Source: Synechococcus sp. ELA057 (GTDB lineage Bacteria; Cyanobacteriota; Cyanobacteriia; PCC-6307; Cyanobiaceae). From it: a stretch of 64,000 nucleotides of DNA. The stretch spans positions 3,569-67,568 of the forward strand of contig JBAWXG010000001.1 in the NCBI GenBank assembly GCA_037144195.1, in the 5' to 3' direction. This document shows, one piece after another, positions 19,123 through 30,591 of the stretch. The notes beneath the pieces were generated by a model. It was not told the origin of the DNA, made no database searches, and saw nothing but the letters and a program-made list of their open reading frames with translations. The stretch's first letter is position 1; the number at the start of each line of letters is the position of its first letter. The translations under genes were made by a program, and so were the position numbers.

Positions 19123-20418
19123 TCAGATCACCGTGCCATCGGCAATCGTGCCGTTTTTGACGACGACGACAATGCCATTGCGGATATAAAAATTGAGCTC
19201 AGGCCGATCGGCCTCCTCAACATGATCTTTGTTGACAATGGTGACGTTTTCACCGATGCGGACATTCTTATCAAGAATCGCCCGCTTGACCGTGGTGCCC
19301 CGTCCGACGCCGATCGGGATGCCGCCCCGCTCCCGCAGTTGCAGCCGCTCTTCCATCGATTCGAAGTAGTCAGCTCCCATCACGAGAGAGTCCTGGAGAA
19401 CGACCTCATCCTCCACGCGGGTCCGCACTCCGAGGACGCACTTGTGAATGCTGCAGGCCTTCAGCAATGACCCCTCACCGATGATCGATTCGGTGACCTG
19501 CGCATCCTGCAGTTTGCTGGGAGGCAGATAACGGGGCCGGGTGTAGATAGGGAACTTTTCGTCGTAGAACGAGAAGGCAGGATTGGGCTGTTCAGTCAGC
19601 GCAAGATTGGCTTCATAGAAGGCACCGATTGTTCCGATATCCTCCCAATAATCATCGAACAGATAGCTCTGCAGTTTGTCGCCACGCTTAAGCGCTTCGG
19701 GGATGATTTCCTTGCCGAAATCAGTCGCCGAAGAATGGGTGGAGAGTAGATCAAAGAGTGTATCCCGGCTAAACACATAGATCCCCATCGATGCGAGATA
19801 GGGCCGCTTGATCGCCTCCTCACGGCTGAGGCCGAGGCTGGCGGTGTCGACAGCCATCGCCTCAAGCTCAGCCCCCTTGGGTTTCTCCTTGAATTCGCGA
19901 ATGCGGCCATCGGGTGTGGTGCGCATCAGACCGAAGCCCTCAGCCTGCGCAGCCCCGACGGGCAGCGCACCAACACTCAGATCGGCGCCGGTGTCGATGT
20001 GGTTCTGCACGAACTGGCTGTAATCCATCCGGTACAGCTGATCGCCGGAAAGGATCAGATAATGATCCACATCCCATTCCTGGAAGAGCCACTGGTACTT
20101 GCGCACCGCATCGGCCGTGCCCTCGAACCAACTGGGGCTGTCGGGCGTCTGCTGGGCGGCCAGCACCTCCACAAATCCCTGGCCGAAGCCTGCCGAGAGG
20201 TTAAAGGTCATCGTCAAGTGACGATTGAGAGACGCGCTGTTGAACTGCGTCAGCACGTAGATCTTGTTGATCTCTGAATTGATGCAGTTGCTGATGGGAA
20301 TATCAATCAGTCGGTACTTACCAGCAAGCGGTACAGCGGGCTTGGCGCGCATCTTGGTAAGCGGGTAGAGCCGCGTTCCAGCGCCTCCGCCGAGAATGAT
20401 GGCCAGAACGCGTTTCAT
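19123..20418 (-). CDS. glgC: Glucose-1-phosphate adenylyltransferase (ADP-glucose pyrophosphorylase)
   Basis: [33 protein letters not shown] and DIGTI. Confidence 0.98.
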   Translation of the reverse strand: MKRVLAIILGGGAGTRLYPLTKMRAKPAVPLAGKYRLIDIPISNCINSEINKIYVLTQFNSASLNRHLTMTFNLSAGFGQGFVEVLAAQQTPDSPSWFEGTADAVRKYQWLFQEWDVDHYLILSGDQLYRMDYSQFVQNHIDTGADLSVGALPVGAAQAEGFGLMRTTPDGRIREFKEKPKGAELEAMAVDTASLGLSREEAIKRPYLASMGIYVFSRDTLFDLLSTHSSATDFGKEIIPEALKRGDKLQSYLFDDYWEDIGTIGAFYEANLALTEQPNPAFSFYDEKFPIYTRPRYLPPSKLQDAQVTESIIGEGSLLKACSIHKCVLGVRTRVEDEVVLQDSLVMGADYFESMEERLQLRERGGIPIGVGRGTTVKRAILDKNVRIGENVTIVNKDHVEEADRPELNFYIRNGIVVVVKNGTIADGTVI

Positions 20419-20507
20419 GAACCTCTCAGCTGTTTCCTTGCCGCCTGGACCGTACAGGAGACAAGGGCGATGACGCGAGTGGGGAGAACACTTCGATGCA
20501 CGTCCCC

Positions 20508-21818
20508 TCAGGCCTCAGCCTGGCCCTCCTGCAGTTCGAACAACTCCTGCATCACCTTCATCGCCACATGGCGTTGCTGTCGCGGCTGCGGGGAGCGCAG
20601 ACGGGTCACAGGGGTGTGGAGGATCTTGTTGATGATCCCCTTGCTCAGCGCCTCCACCACGTGGCGTTCACGGGCTGAGAGATCGGGTCCCATGCGGCTG
20701 AGCGCCTTCTGCAGCTCCTGCTCGCGAATCTCTTCCAGATGCTGACGCAGCCGGTTGACCAGGGGCACGGCTTCGAGACCATCCCACCACTCGAGGAACT
20801 GCCTGGCCTCCTCGGCCAGCAAACCTTCAGCCTCGCGGGCGTTCTCGCGGCGTGACTCCTGGTTGCGGGCCACCACCTCCTGGAGGTCGTCGACATCGAA
20901 GGATTCGACACCCGCCAGACCGGCCGCATCGGTGCTGATGTTGCGCGGCACACCGATGTCCACCAGCATCAGGCTGGAGCGCCGGTTGAGCGCGTCCAGG
21001 CGCGCGGCCGTGATCAGAGGCTCCTCGGAGCCGGTGCTGGTGAACACCAGCGAACAGGTGCTCAGGCAGTGGTCGAGATCGCTGAGCGGGCGGCACTGCA
21101 CCGGCAGGCCCGGGAAATCACCGGCCAGGGCCTCAGCCCTGGCCAGCGTGCGATTGAGCAGGACAGCCCCGCGACACCCCTTGGCCTGCAGATGCTGCAG
21201 CAGCAGCCGGGCCATGCGACCGGCCCCCACCACCGCCACCTGCTCCTGATCCAGCGGCACCAGCTCATCGAGGCCGCGGCTCTGGCCGATCTTGAGCTGG
21301 GCGAGCTCCACGGCCGCTGAGCTGATCGACACCGCCCCGGTACCGAGATTGGTCTCGGTGCGGACCCGTTTGCCGGTGCTCACCGCCTGGGTGAGCAGAC
21401 GATTGAGGATCGGCCCGATCGAGCGGTACTCCTGGCCGAGGCGCACCATCCGCTTGACCTGGGAGAGGATCTGCCCCTCGCCCAGCACCAGGCTGTCGAG
21501 GCCGGCAGCCACCCGCAGCAGGTGCGCCACAGCTTCCTCGTGGTGGAAGCTGAACAGGTGCGGCGTGAGCTGCTCAAGGCTGAACCCCGAGACCTGGCTC
21601 AGGAAGGAGGCGACGGCGGAGATTCCCTGCTCCGGGTGGCGGAGCAGGGCATAGATCTCCAGACGGTTGCAGGTGCTGAGGATCGAAGCCTCCAGCACCT
21701 GCTCATCGGACCGGAGCTGCTGGAGGGAAACCTCCATCGTCTGCTCCGGAATGCTGAGCCGCTCACGGATCTCCACCGGAGCCGTGCGATGGCTCAGACC
21801 GACGACGGCGATGTGCAT
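20508..21818 (-). CDS. hemA: Glutamyl-tRNA reductase
   Basis: [30 protein letters not shown] and DIGVPRN. Confidence 0.97.
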   Translation of the reverse strand: MHIAVVGLSHRTAPVEIRERLSIPEQTMEVSLQQLRSDEQVLEASILSTCNRLEIYALLRHPEQGISAVASFLSQVSGFSLEQLTPHLFSFHHEEAVAHLLRVAAGLDSLVLGEGQILSQVKRMVRLGQEYRSIGPILNRLLTQAVSTGKRVRTETNLGTGAVSISSAAVELAQLKIGQSRGLDELVPLDQEQVAVVGAGRMARLLLQHLQAKGCRGAVLLNRTLARAEALAGDFPGLPVQCRPLSDLDHCLSTCSLVFTSTGSEEPLITAARLDALNRRSSLMLVDIGVPRNISTDAAGLAGVESFDVDDLQEVVARNQESRRENAREAEGLLAEEARQFLEWWDGLEAVPLVNRLRQHLEEIREQELQKALSRMGPDLSARERHVVEALSKGIINKILHTPVTRLRSPQPRQQRHVAMKVMQELFELQEGQAEA

Positions 21819-21852
21819 GGAGAGCAGGGGGTCCCGGGCGGCGTCGGTGGTC

Positions 21853-22857
21853 TCAGCGCAGGGCGATGGACTGGGCGCCGGGCTTGATGTGCACCGTGGT
21901 GGTGAAGCGGGCCGTGTTGTCGAGCGTACTGATGACCAGTGAGCTGGTGCGGGTGCAGTCCTTCTCGAACTTGACGCCATCGAACAGCAGGCCGTCGGTG
22001 ATGCCGCTGCCGGCGAAGATCACGTTCTCGCCGCTGGCCAGTTCCTCAGCCTCGTACACCCGGTCGGGATCGCTGATGCCCATCTCGGCCAGGCGTGCCA
22101 GGTTGCCCTCCCGGGTGAGGCCTTCCCACTCGGAGGTCTGGGCCACGGCAGGGTCGTAGACCAGCTGACCCTGGAAGTGACCGCCCAGGGCCCGCAGGGC
22201 TGCGGCGGAGATCACACCCTCGGGGGCGGCGCCGATGCCCATCAGGCAATGGGTGCCGGTGCCGGCGAAGCCGCAGGCGATGGCCGCCTGCACATCACCG
22301 TCGGAGATGGGCTGCACCCGGGCGCCGGTGGCGCGGATCTCCTTGATCAGGTCCTTGTGACGGGCGCGATCCATCACCACGATCACCAGCTCGTTGGCGG
22401 GAATGCCGAGGGCCTCACTGAGGATGGCGATGTTCTCCGTGGCGGACTTGCGGATGTCCACCTTGCCCTTGGCTGCCGGAGGAGCGGCCAGCTTCTTCAT
22501 GTAGAAGTCGGGTGCATTGAACAGACCGCCACGGTCGGAAGCGGCCAGCACGGCCATCGAACCGCGCTGGCTGTTGGCACAGAGGTTGGTCCCTTCGCAG
22601 GGATCGACAGCGAAATCAACGCCGGGGCCGACGCCGCTGCCCACTTCTTCACCGATGTAGAGCATCGGCGCCTCGTCACGCTCGCCCTCACCGATGACGA
22701 TCCGCCCCTGCATCGGAATCTGATACATGCGCTCGCGCATGGCCTCGACGGCAGCCGCGTCAGCTTCATTTTTCAAGCCCATGCCGGTGAGCCGGGCGGA
22801 AGCGATGGCGGCCTGTTCGACGACCTCGAGAATTTCCTGGATGAGGGAGCGATCCAC
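21853..22857 (-). CDS. glpX: Class II fructose-1,6-/sedoheptulose-1,7-bisphosphatase
   Basis: GTG start; [29 protein letters not shown] and GAAPEGV. Confidence 0.96.
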   Translation of the reverse strand: MDRSLIQEILEVVEQAAIASARLTGMGLKNEADAAAVEAMRERMYQIPMQGRIVIGEGERDEAPMLYIGEEVGSGVGPGVDFAVDPCEGTNLCANSQRGSMAVLAASDRGGLFNAPDFYMKKLAAPPAAKGKVDIRKSATENIAILSEALGIPANELVIVVMDRARHKDLIKEIRATGARVQPISDGDVQAAIACGFAGTGTHCLMGIGAAPEGVISAAALRALGGHFQGQLVYDPAVAQTSEWEGLTREGNLARLAEMGISDPDRVYEAEELASGENVIFAGSGITDGLLFDGVKFEKDCTRTSSLVISTLDNTARFTTTVHIKPGAQSIALR

Positions 22858-23024
22858 GGCAGTCCGGCGGGGGGTGAGGGAGAGCTTGGGTGCGCCCAGA
22901 AGGGTGGTCAGTGGCCGGAACAACCGGCTGCAGCAGACCCTCCGGGCCCGAAAGCCGCGCAATCGTATCAGCGCGGTAGGCGGCTCCTTACAATCCAGGC
23001 CCCCTCGCCCCCCGGTGGACATCC

Positions 23025-23708
23025 ATGAGCAACAAACCCCTGGTGGTTTCCCCCTCCATCCTGTCCGCCGACTTCTCACGCCTCGGCGACGACGTGCGCG
23101 CGGTCGATCAGGCCGGAGCCGACTGGATCCACGTGGATGTGATGGATGGCCGCTTCGTGCCCAACATCACCATCGGCCCCCTGATCGTCGAGGCGCTGCG
23201 ACCGGTGACCAGCAAGCCGCTGGACGTGCACCTGATGATCGTCGAGCCTGAGAAATACGTGCCTGACTTCGCCCGGGCTGGCGCCGACATCATCTCGGTC
23301 CAGGTTGAGGCCTGCCCCCATCTGCATCGCAACCTGGCCCAGATCAAGGAGCTGGGCAAGCAGGCCGGGGCTGTGCTGAACCCCAGCACCCCGATCGACA
23401 CGCTCGAGTACTGCCTCGAACTGTGCGATCTGGTGCTGATCATGAGCGTGAACCCGGGCTTCGGTGGCCAGAGCTTCATCGACAGTCAGGTGCAGAAAAT
23501 CCGCGATCTGCGCCGCCTCTGTGATGAGAAAGGCCTGGATCCCTGGATCGAGGTGGATGGCGGCGTCAAGCCTGCCAACGCCTGGAAGGTGATCGAGGCC
23601 GGCGCCAACGCCATCGTCAGTGGCTCCGGTGTCTTCGGCGCCGCCGACTACGCCGAGGCGATCCGTGGCATCCGGGCCAGCCGCCGGCCCGAACCGGCCC
23701 TGGTCTGA
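23025..23708 (+). CDS. rpe: Ribulose-phosphate 3-epimerase
   Basis: [29 protein letters not shown] and EVDGG. Confidence 0.97.
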   Translation: MSNKPLVVSPSILSADFSRLGDDVRAVDQAGADWIHVDVMDGRFVPNITIGPLIVEALRPVTSKPLDVHLMIVEPEKYVPDFARAGADIISVQVEACPHLHRNLAQIKELGKQAGAVLNPSTPIDTLEYCLELCDLVLIMSVNPGFGGQSFIDSQVQKIRDLRRLCDEKGLDPWIEVDGGVKPANAWKVIEAGANAIVSGSGVFGAADYAEAIRGIRASRRPEPALV

Positions 23709-23746
23709 ATCCTGCCGAGGGGCGCGATGCCCTTCAGCCCTCCCCT

Positions 23747-23778
23747 GCCCCGGAGCCCTCAGGGGTTCCGGGGCTTTT
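23747..23778 (+). terminator. Rho-independent terminator after rpe
   Basis: GCCCCGGAGCCC-TCAG-GGGTTCCGGGGC followed by TTTT. Confidence 0.8.
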
Positions 23779-23824
23779 GTGTGGGCCGGATTGGGGTGGG
23801 CCGAAGCGGACGGGGCCTCGTCGC

Positions 23825-24736
23825 TCAACCGCCGAAGAACCAGCCGTAGCTGTGAAGGCCAATTCCCAGCAGGTTGACACCGATGTAGCAGACGGCGATC
23901 ACCACCAGACCGGCCGTCGCCACGAGGGCGGGCCGGCGGCCCTGCCAACCTCTGATCAGGCGGGTGTGGAGATAGGCGGCGTAGACCAGCCAGCAGATCA
24001 GAGCCCAGGTCTCCTTGGGATCCCAGCTCCACCAGCTGCCCCAGGCCTCATTGGCCCAGACGGCCCCGCTGACCAGGCCGACCGACAGCAGCAGAAATCC
24101 CACGGTGATCGTGCGGTAGCTGAGGCTGTCGAGCTGTTCGCTGATCCGGAACGGAGTGCTGTTGAGCGAGAGCCCCTCCGGGCCATCGGCTGCCAGCGCG
24201 GCCTGGCGGAAGGCACCGCTGCCGATGGAACTGCTGCGAAGCTCCAGGGCCTGCTCCCGGTCGGTGAACAACACGGCCACACTCAGCAGCGAACCGACCA
24301 GCAGCGCCGCATAGCTGAGCATGATCACGCTCACATGCATCACCAGCCAGCTGGAGCGCAGAGCGGGAACGAGGGGAGAGGCCTGCTGGAGCTGATCGGG
24401 CAGGGCAAAGCTGGCGAAAGCGACGCAGCCGAGGCCAATCGGAGTGGCCGCCGCCGGAACCAGAGGACTGGGCCAGCTGCGCTCCACCAGCAGCTGCGTG
24501 ATCGTGCAGCCCCAGGCCAGGAAGCAGAGGGACTCGTAGAGGTTGCTGATCGGGAAGTGGCCCGAATCCCACCAGCGCAGCACCAGCTGGGCGGTCAGCA
24601 CCAGATTGGCCGCCGCCACCAGCAGCCGAACCACGGAGCTGCTGCGACCGCCGCTGAGTGCCCAGAACGACAAGGGCAACACCAGCAGCAGCAGGGCAAA
24701 GGCTGCCAATCCCAGAGCCACAACCGAATCGTTCAC
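23825..24736 (-). CDS. ccsB: Cytochrome c biogenesis protein (system II WWD protein, CcsA/CcsB)
   Basis: [45 protein letters not shown] and GLHSYG. Confidence 0.95.
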   Translation of the reverse strand: MNDSVVALGLAAFALLLLVLPLSFWALSGGRSSSVVRLLVAAANLVLTAQLVLRWWDSGHFPISNLYESLCFLAWGCTITQLLVERSWPSPLVPAAATPIGLGCVAFASFALPDQLQQASPLVPALRSSWLVMHVSVIMLSYAALLVGSLLSVAVLFTDREQALELRSSSIGSGAFRQAALAADGPEGLSLNSTPFRISEQLDSLSYRTITVGFLLLSVGLVSGAVWANEAWGSWWSWDPKETWALICWLVYAAYLHTRLIRGWQGRRPALVATAGLVVIAVCYIGVNLLGIGLHSYGWFFGG

Positions 24737-24790
24737 ACACCTGTCCTTGCGCCGCACCAGTCTGCCCGCTGAAGGCCAGGGGGCGCGGGA

Positions 24791-26842
24791 TCAGCGGCTG
24801 GCGCGCTGAAGCAGCACCAGGCCGGAGCCCAGACCGATCAGAACCGGGAACCAGGCGGCCAGGAAGGGGGGGAGCGTCGCGGTGATCCCCAGAGAACTGA
24901 AGATGAAGGACATCAGGTAATAGCCGAAGATCAGCAAAACGCTGATGCCAAAACCCTGGCTGGTGCTGGTGCGCGTATTGGGACGGACCCCCAGGCTGCT
25001 GCCGATCAGGCCGAACACCAGGCAGATCACGGGGAAAGCGAATTTCTCCTGAATCCGTACCCGCAGCCGCCGTGATTCCTTGAGATTATTGGCCTCCCGC
25101 AGGAGTCGTTCGGCTCGCATCGCCTGACCCACCGTCATCACCGAGGCATCGGTGGGCAGAGCGGCAACCTCCTCGGGGGCGCGGCTGAGGGGGTAGTTAT
25201 AGCGGTCGAAGCGGGCGGAAGTGGTGCTGCCGTTGCTTTCATCGAGATTCACGATCCTGCCGTTGTCAAACTCCCAAAGCGCCTTGGCATCGTTCCAGCG
25301 GCCCCGTTCGGCCAGCAGCATCTGGCGCTGACCGAAGCGCGAGAAATCAATCAAGGTGATGTCCTGCATCTCCCCATTGATGAAGTTGCGGGCATAGAAG
25401 ATATGCGTCAGACCGCTGCCCGAATTCGTGCCGTTTGGTGCGATCCGCTCGCCGAATCGGGAATAGAGAATGTTCTCTCCCCTCTCGCTGGAGAGCGCCC
25501 GTCCGAGGGCCCGCTCCAAGGTGTTGTTGGCGGCCAGATTGGCCTGGGGCACCACCAGATCGTTGAACACGAAAGTGAGCCCGCTCATCAGCAGCGACAG
25601 CACCAGCGCCGGGATCACCATGCGCCAGGTGCTCACCCCCACGCTGCGCAGTGCCGTGAGCTCGCTGTTTCCGGACAGCCTGCTGTAGGCCAGGAGGGTG
25701 GCCATCAGGGTGGCCATGGGAAACGCCAGCACCAGAAACCCCGGCAGGCGCAGCATCAGCACCTGGAAGGCCGAGAACAGCGGCAGGCCCGATTCAGCCA
25801 CCTGCCGCACCAGCTCGAACACCACCCCCACCGACAGGGAGACGGCGGTGAAGGCGGCGATCCCGAACAGCAGCGGGCCCACCAGCTCGCTGCCAAGCCA
25901 ACGATCCAGCAGCGGAATCCGCCGCAGCCCCTGCCGCAGGGGTCCCAGGCGGATCAGAGCCTGCTGCAGAGGCGCAGGCAGCCGGCTGAACAGCTGCCCC
26001 TGGAGCCGTCTGCGCCGCCGGGGCGGCGCACTCGCTGCGACCGAGGCCTGCGAGGGTCGCGATTCAGCACTGGGCTCGGGGATCTCCTCCCCACCCCAGA
26101 ACCCCGGTTCGGCCAGCAGGGCGAAACTCTCGCCGAGGTAGTGGCGGCGCACGAGCGGGTTGTTGGCCACCTCAGCGGAGGTGCCGGCGGCCAGGATCGT
26201 GCCCTCGGTGAGGATGTAGGCCCGGTCGATGATCGCCAGCGTCTCGCGGACGTTGTGATCGGTGATCAGCACGCCCATGCCGCGCTGGCGCAGCACATGG
26301 ATCAGATCCTGCAGATCGGCGACGGCCAGGGGATCCACCCCGGCAAAAGGCTCGTCAAGCAGCAGATAGCGGGGCCCCTGGAGGCCCACGGCCAGGGCGC
26401 GGGCCACCTCGCAGCGCCGCCGTTCCCCTCCCGAGAGCTGGTACCCGAGGCGGTGCTGAAAGCTCTCCAGATTGAAATCCTCGATCAGCTGCTGCAGCCG
26501 GTCGCGGCGCCTGTCCTCCGGGGTGCCGCTCTCCGCCAGCACCAGGCGCAGGTTGTCACGCACCGAGAGCTGACGGAACACACTGGCTTCCTGGGGCAGG
26601 TAGCCGATCCCCCGGCGGGCACGCACCGGCATCGGCAGCTCGGCCACCGATTCCCCTTCCAGCAGCACATCACCCTCATCGGGGCGCAGCAGGCCGGTCA
26701 CCATGTGAAAGGTGGTGGTCTTGCCGGCACCATTGGGACCCAGGAGCCCCACCACCTCTCCGGGGTGGAGCTCGAGACTGACATCACGGACCAGCGAGCG
26801 CCCGCCCAGGGTGATGCCCACCCGATCCAGGGACAGGCTCAT
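24791..26842 (-). CDS. Fused LPS export ABC ATPase (LptB) and LptF/LptG permease
   Basis: N-terminal ~240 aa: GPNGAGKTT, YLPQEASVF, LSGGERRR, LLDEPFAGVDP, ITDHNVRETL and VRRHYLG. After a ~70-aa linker with no stop: LLDRWL...SELTALRSVGVS...KFAFP...LGV, typical of LptF/G. Confidence 0.88.
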   Translation of the reverse strand: MSLSLDRVGITLGGRSLVRDVSLELHPGEVVGLLGPNGAGKTTTFHMVTGLLRPDEGDVLLEGESVAELPMPVRARRGIGYLPQEASVFRQLSVRDNLRLVLAESGTPEDRRRDRLQQLIEDFNLESFQHRLGYQLSGGERRRCEVARALAVGLQGPRYLLLDEPFAGVDPLAVADLQDLIHVLRQRGMGVLITDHNVRETLAIIDRAYILTEGTILAAGTSAEVANNPLVRRHYLGESFALLAEPGFWGGEEIPEPSAESRPSQASVAASAPPRRRRRLQGQLFSRLPAPLQQALIRLGPLRQGLRRIPLLDRWLGSELVGPLLFGIAAFTAVSLSVGVVFELVRQVAESGLPLFSAFQVLMLRLPGFLVLAFPMATLMATLLAYSRLSGNSELTALRSVGVSTWRMVIPALVLSLLMSGLTFVFNDLVVPQANLAANNTLERALGRALSSERGENILYSRFGERIAPNGTNSGSGLTHIFYARNFINGEMQDITLIDFSRFGQRQMLLAERGRWNDAKALWEFDNGRIVNLDESNGSTTSARFDRYNYPLSRAPEEVAALPTDASVMTVGQAMRAERLLREANNLKESRRLRVRIQEKFAFPVICLVFGLIGSSLGVRPNTRTSTSQGFGISVLLIFGYYLMSFIFSSLGITATLPPFLAAWFPVLIGLGSGLVLLQRASR

Positions 26843-27321
26843 GGAGCGGCAGGCGGAGTCGCCTGGGGCACGGCGGCGGGCTTCACGGCGCGAGCCGGTT
26901 TCGACGGCGTCAGCTGCAGCCGCAGACGGGTGATCACCTGGGAACCGGGCGCGGGTTCGGCGCGCAGCCGTTCGCTGTCGAGGTGATACACGAGCCGTTC
27001 GGCACGGATGCGCTGGCCATCGGCATCGATCACATCGACATCGCCGGAGAGGATCAGCTTGCCCTCACGGGTGTAGTACTGAGCCTGGCGGGCGGTGGCC
27101 ACCATCCCGCGTGGGGGATAGGTGATGCGCACATTGCCGGTGGCGGTGACCACACCGCTGCGGTTATCGGCCTGCTGGCTGTCGGATTCGATCGTGACCA
27201 ATCCGCTGGCGGGCGTGACCTGGGCGGCAGCCGGTGCCGGTGCCTGGGCACGGGCCACAGGGATGCACAGAACGGCCGATGCCAGCAGGGCAAAAGGGAG
27301 GCGGTTGCGCTTGCGGATCAC
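26839..27321 (-). CDS. lptA: LptA/OstA family LPS transport periplasmic protein
   Basis: Signal peptide, VTIESDSQQAD, ATGNVRI and LSGDV; directly upstream of lptB. Confidence 0.85.
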   Translation of the reverse strand: MIRKRNRLPFALLASAVLCIPVARAQAPAPAAAQVTPASGLVTIESDSQQADNRSGVVTATGNVRITYPPRGMVATARQAQYYTREGKLILSGDVDVIDADGQRIRAERLVYHLDSERLRAEPAPGSQVITRLRLQLTPSKPARAVKPAAVPQATPPAAP

Positions 27322-27415
27322 AGACGGCGGGACCGAGAACCTGGTGGTGGGAAGCCGGACCAGCGAGCGCAGGGCGCGGCAGACGACAACGATGGGGCCA
27401 ATGTACCCGCGTCGC

Positions 27416-27823
27416 TCACCGGGCCCGGATCAACCGCAGGGGCGGCAGGGTCTCGGTGGGCTGATCGTTCTGCAGGGCGGCAAGCCACTGCTGCAGAACC
27501 GGGCGCAGGGCCTCCAGATCCAGATCCAGATCCGTGGGTCCGCAGCGCTGCAGCCGGCCGAGACCCTCTCCCAGCAGCACCGTGGCACCGCGGCGATTGC
27601 CGCGCTCCAGGTGGAGCCTTGCCACAGCCACCTGCAACACCCCCTGAAGCAGGGGCCGCAACGGCCCCTGGGTCTCATGCCAGAGCTCCTCGAAACCGTC
27701 GTGGCAGGCGTACCACTCGCCTTGATTGAACAGGGCGATGGCCTCCTCCAGGCGGGGATCCGCACGCAATGCCAGCTCCTCGGGATCCAGGGCTGGATCC
27801 GGGGTCGGCGGGGGTGTGGTCAA
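27416..27823 (-). CDS. DUF309 domain protein
   Basis: LFNQGEWYACHDGFEELW and QGVLQVAVA...GNRRGA. Confidence 0.88.
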   Translation of the reverse strand: MTTPPPTPDPALDPEELALRADPRLEEAIALFNQGEWYACHDGFEELWHETQGPLRPLLQGVLQVAVARLHLERGNRRGATVLLGEGLGRLQRCGPTDLDLDLEALRPVLQQWLAALQNDQPTETLPPLRLIRAR

Positions 27824-29643
27824 CGCTTGGCGGGTTTGCGGGCAGGCAGCTTGCGCAGACGGATCGACTCGGGGGTCACCTCAAGCATCTCGTCGGGACC
27901 GATGTATTCCAGAGCCCGCTCCAGGGTCATCTGAATCGGGGCCTGCAGGGTGTCGAGCACCTCAGCGCCGGCGGAGCGGATGTTGGTGACCTGCTTGGCC
28001 TTGCAGACGTTGAGCTCCAGATCGGGCGGACGGTTGTGCTCGCCGACGATCATCCCCTTGTACACCTTGGTGCCGGGGGTGATGAAGAACTGGCCCCGGT
28101 CCTCGGCACCCTTGAGGGCGTAGAACGTGGCCGTTCCTTCCTCGAAGGCCACCAGCACCCCATTGCGGCGGGAATCCATGTCGCCCTGCATGGGCCGGTA
28201 ATCGAGGAAGGAGTGGCTCATGATCCCCTCGCCGCGGGTGGCGCGGATGAACTCGCCGCGGAAACCGATCAGACCGCGGGAGGGGACCACGAACTCCAGC
28301 TGGGTGCGGCCGTCATTGGTGTTCTCCATGTTCTGCATCTCGCCCTTGCGGACGCCGAGTTTCTCGATGCAGGCCCCCACTGCCTCTTCGGGCACGTCCA
28401 TCACCAAGGTCTCGAACGGTTCGCTGGGGGTGCCATCGATGGTGCGGAAGATCACCTGGGGCTGGCTCACCTGAAACTCATAGCCCTCGCGGCGCATCGT
28501 CTCGATCAGGATGCCCAGGTGCAGCTCACCGCGGCCGCTGACGGAGAAGCGGTCGGGGGAATCAGTGTCTTCGACCCGCAGAGCCACGTTGGTGAGCAGT
28601 TCCCGCTGCAGCCGATCCCGCAGCTGGCGGCTGGTGACGAACTTGCCCTCCTTGCCGGCGAAGGGGGAATCGTTGACGACGAAGGTCATCTGCAGGGTGG
28701 GCTCATCCACCTTGATCAGCGGCAGGGCCTCGGGATGGTCGGGGCAGGCGATCGTCTCGCCGATGTTGACCTCATCGAAACCGGCCACAGCCACCAGATC
28801 GCCGGCGCTGGCCTGCTCGATCTCAACGCGCTGCAGGCCCTGGAAGCCGAGCAGCTTGGAGATCCGGCCCCGCTTGATGCTGCCGTCGTCACGGATCAGG
28901 GCCGCCGGCTGACCGCCTCGGATGGTGCCGTTGTGAATGCGGCCGATCATGATCCGGCCGAGAAAATCGCTGTAATCGAGCGTGGTCACCTGCAGCTGCA
29001 GGGGCTTGGCCGGATCGCCGACCGGGGGCGGAACATGGCGCAGGATGGCATCGAACAGCGGCTTCATGTTGTCGCTCTCGGTGGCCATGTCCGGCTTGGC
29101 GTAGCCGCCCATACCGCTGCCGAACAGATAGGTGAAGTCACACTGATCGTCGTCGGCACCCAGCTCGATGAACAGGTCGAGCACCTTGTCGACGGCCTGC
29201 TCGGGATCGACCCTGGCCCGGTCGATCTTGTTGACGAACACGATCGGCCGCAGCCCTTTCTCCAGGGCCTTCTTGAGCACGAAGCGGGTCTGGGGCATGG
29301 GCCCCTCATTGGCATCAACGATCAGCAGACAACCATCCACCATGCCGAGCACGCGCTCGACCTCTCCACCGAAATCAGCGTGGCCAGGAGTATCAACGAT
29401 ATTGATGCGAACACCGTTGTAATCAACGGCTGTATTCTTCGAAAGAATCGTGATCCCGCGCTCCCGCTCCAGATCATTCGAATCCAGGATGCAGGTGGGT
29501 ACGGCCTCACCCTCGCGAAAGATCCCTGACTGGTTGAGCAAGGCGTCCACCAGGGTTGTTTTGCCGTGGTCGACGTGGGCAATGATCGCAATGTTGCGGA
29601 TCGGAGTGCCTTTTATCGCTGTGCCTTTGCTGTCGCCACTCAT
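27820..29643 (-). CDS. typA: Translational GTPase TypA/BipA
   Basis: [34 protein letters not shown] and [12 protein letters not shown]. Confidence 0.97.
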   Translation of the reverse strand: MSGDSKGTAIKGTPIRNIAIIAHVDHGKTTLVDALLNQSGIFREGEAVPTCILDSNDLERERGITILSKNTAVDYNGVRINIVDTPGHADFGGEVERVLGMVDGCLLIVDANEGPMPQTRFVLKKALEKGLRPIVFVNKIDRARVDPEQAVDKVLDLFIELGADDDQCDFTYLFGSGMGGYAKPDMATESDNMKPLFDAILRHVPPPVGDPAKPLQLQVTTLDYSDFLGRIMIGRIHNGTIRGGQPAALIRDDGSIKRGRISKLLGFQGLQRVEIEQASAGDLVAVAGFDEVNIGETIACPDHPEALPLIKVDEPTLQMTFVVNDSPFAGKEGKFVTSRQLRDRLQRELLTNVALRVEDTDSPDRFSVSGRGELHLGILIETMRREGYEFQVSQPQVIFRTIDGTPSEPFETLVMDVPEEAVGACIEKLGVRKGEMQNMENTNDGRTQLEFVVPSRGLIGFRGEFIRATRGEGIMSHSFLDYRPMQGDMDSRRNGVLVAFEEGTATFYALKGAEDRGQFFITPGTKVYKGMIVGEHNRPPDLELNVCKAKQVTNIRSAGAEVLDTLQAPIQMTLERALEYIGPDEMLEVTPESIRLRKLPARKPAKR

Positions 29644-29708
29644 GGATATGGAGCTCGCGGGATGGGTGCTGGAAACACTTCTTGATCTTACCGTGCGACG
29701 AGTCTGGC

Positions 29709-30443
29709 TCAGCGGGACAGACGCATGGATGGCTCAAACAGCCTCAGGGCCTCGGTGGATCCTTCGTAACGCCAGTGCCAGGGCTCGTAACTCACGCCCT
29801 GGCCGTTGTTCGGCGGAAACGAAAGCGCGAAGTGATAACGGGCGGCGTTGGCCTGGAGCCAGCGAAAGGCGGCCGTCTCATCGAAGTGCGCTGAGACGTT
29901 GGTGCCAGGAGCATGGCCATCGCCCAGATCGACGGCGTAACCCGTGCTGTGCTCGGAATACCCCGGAGGAGCGCTCACATGGGCCCGCTCCCTCGAACTC
30001 TGGTTGCGCTGGGCCATCACATCGAAAAACAGCTGCCGCTGCAGGGCCAGGGAGCGGAAGGCGCTGAGCACCACGATGTCGACGCCGTCAGAGGCCGCAT
30101 CCCCACGCATGGCTTCGAGGGCGGCGGCGGCATCAGGCCGCAGCTGCTGCCCGCCGCCAATGGAGACCAGCCTTGAAGCGGAGACCTCGGGGTAGGGGAA
30201 ATGCCCGAGCAGCCGGCCGTCGGAGCTGAGTCGCGCCTCAAGGCCCGGCACCGGCGGTGGCACCAGCAGGGCGGTCAGGCGATCCCGGAACAGGAACCCT
30301 GCGCCGCTGAGCAGACCCAGGAACAACAGCAGCCAGGCCAGGCCGGCCAGAGGGGAGGAGCGGCGCGCCTGGGATGGGGGCCGGCTGCGCCGGGCCACGG
30401 GGATGTCGTCCACGGCGCGTGGCGATGGCCGGGAAGAGGGCAC
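29709..30443 (-). CDS. D-alanyl-D-alanine carboxypeptidase (M15B/VanY)
   Basis: TM anchor, SAFRS, APPGYSEHSTGYAVD and YEPWHWRY. Confidence 0.9.
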   Translation of the reverse strand: MPSSRPSPRAVDDIPVARRSRPPSQARRSSPLAGLAWLLLFLGLLSGAGFLFRDRLTALLVPPPVPGLEARLSSDGRLLGHFPYPEVSASRLVSIGGGQQLRPDAAAALEAMRGDAASDGVDIVVLSAFRSLALQRQLFFDVMAQRNQSSRERAHVSAPPGYSEHSTGYAVDLGDGHAPGTNVSAHFDETAAFRWLQANAARYHFALSFPPNNGQGVSYEPWHWRYEGSTEALRLFEPSMRLSR

Positions 30444-30591
30444 AGCGACACCCGATCAGGCGGCCATGCTAAGCGCCCAAACCCGTGGGCCTGCTGCAGG
30501 CGCCAACCCCAAGGCAGCGCGCAACGGCAGGCGGTCAAGCAGTGGTTGGTGTTAGCTTTTTTTTGAAAATCCTTGACAAGCAGGTTTCAAA

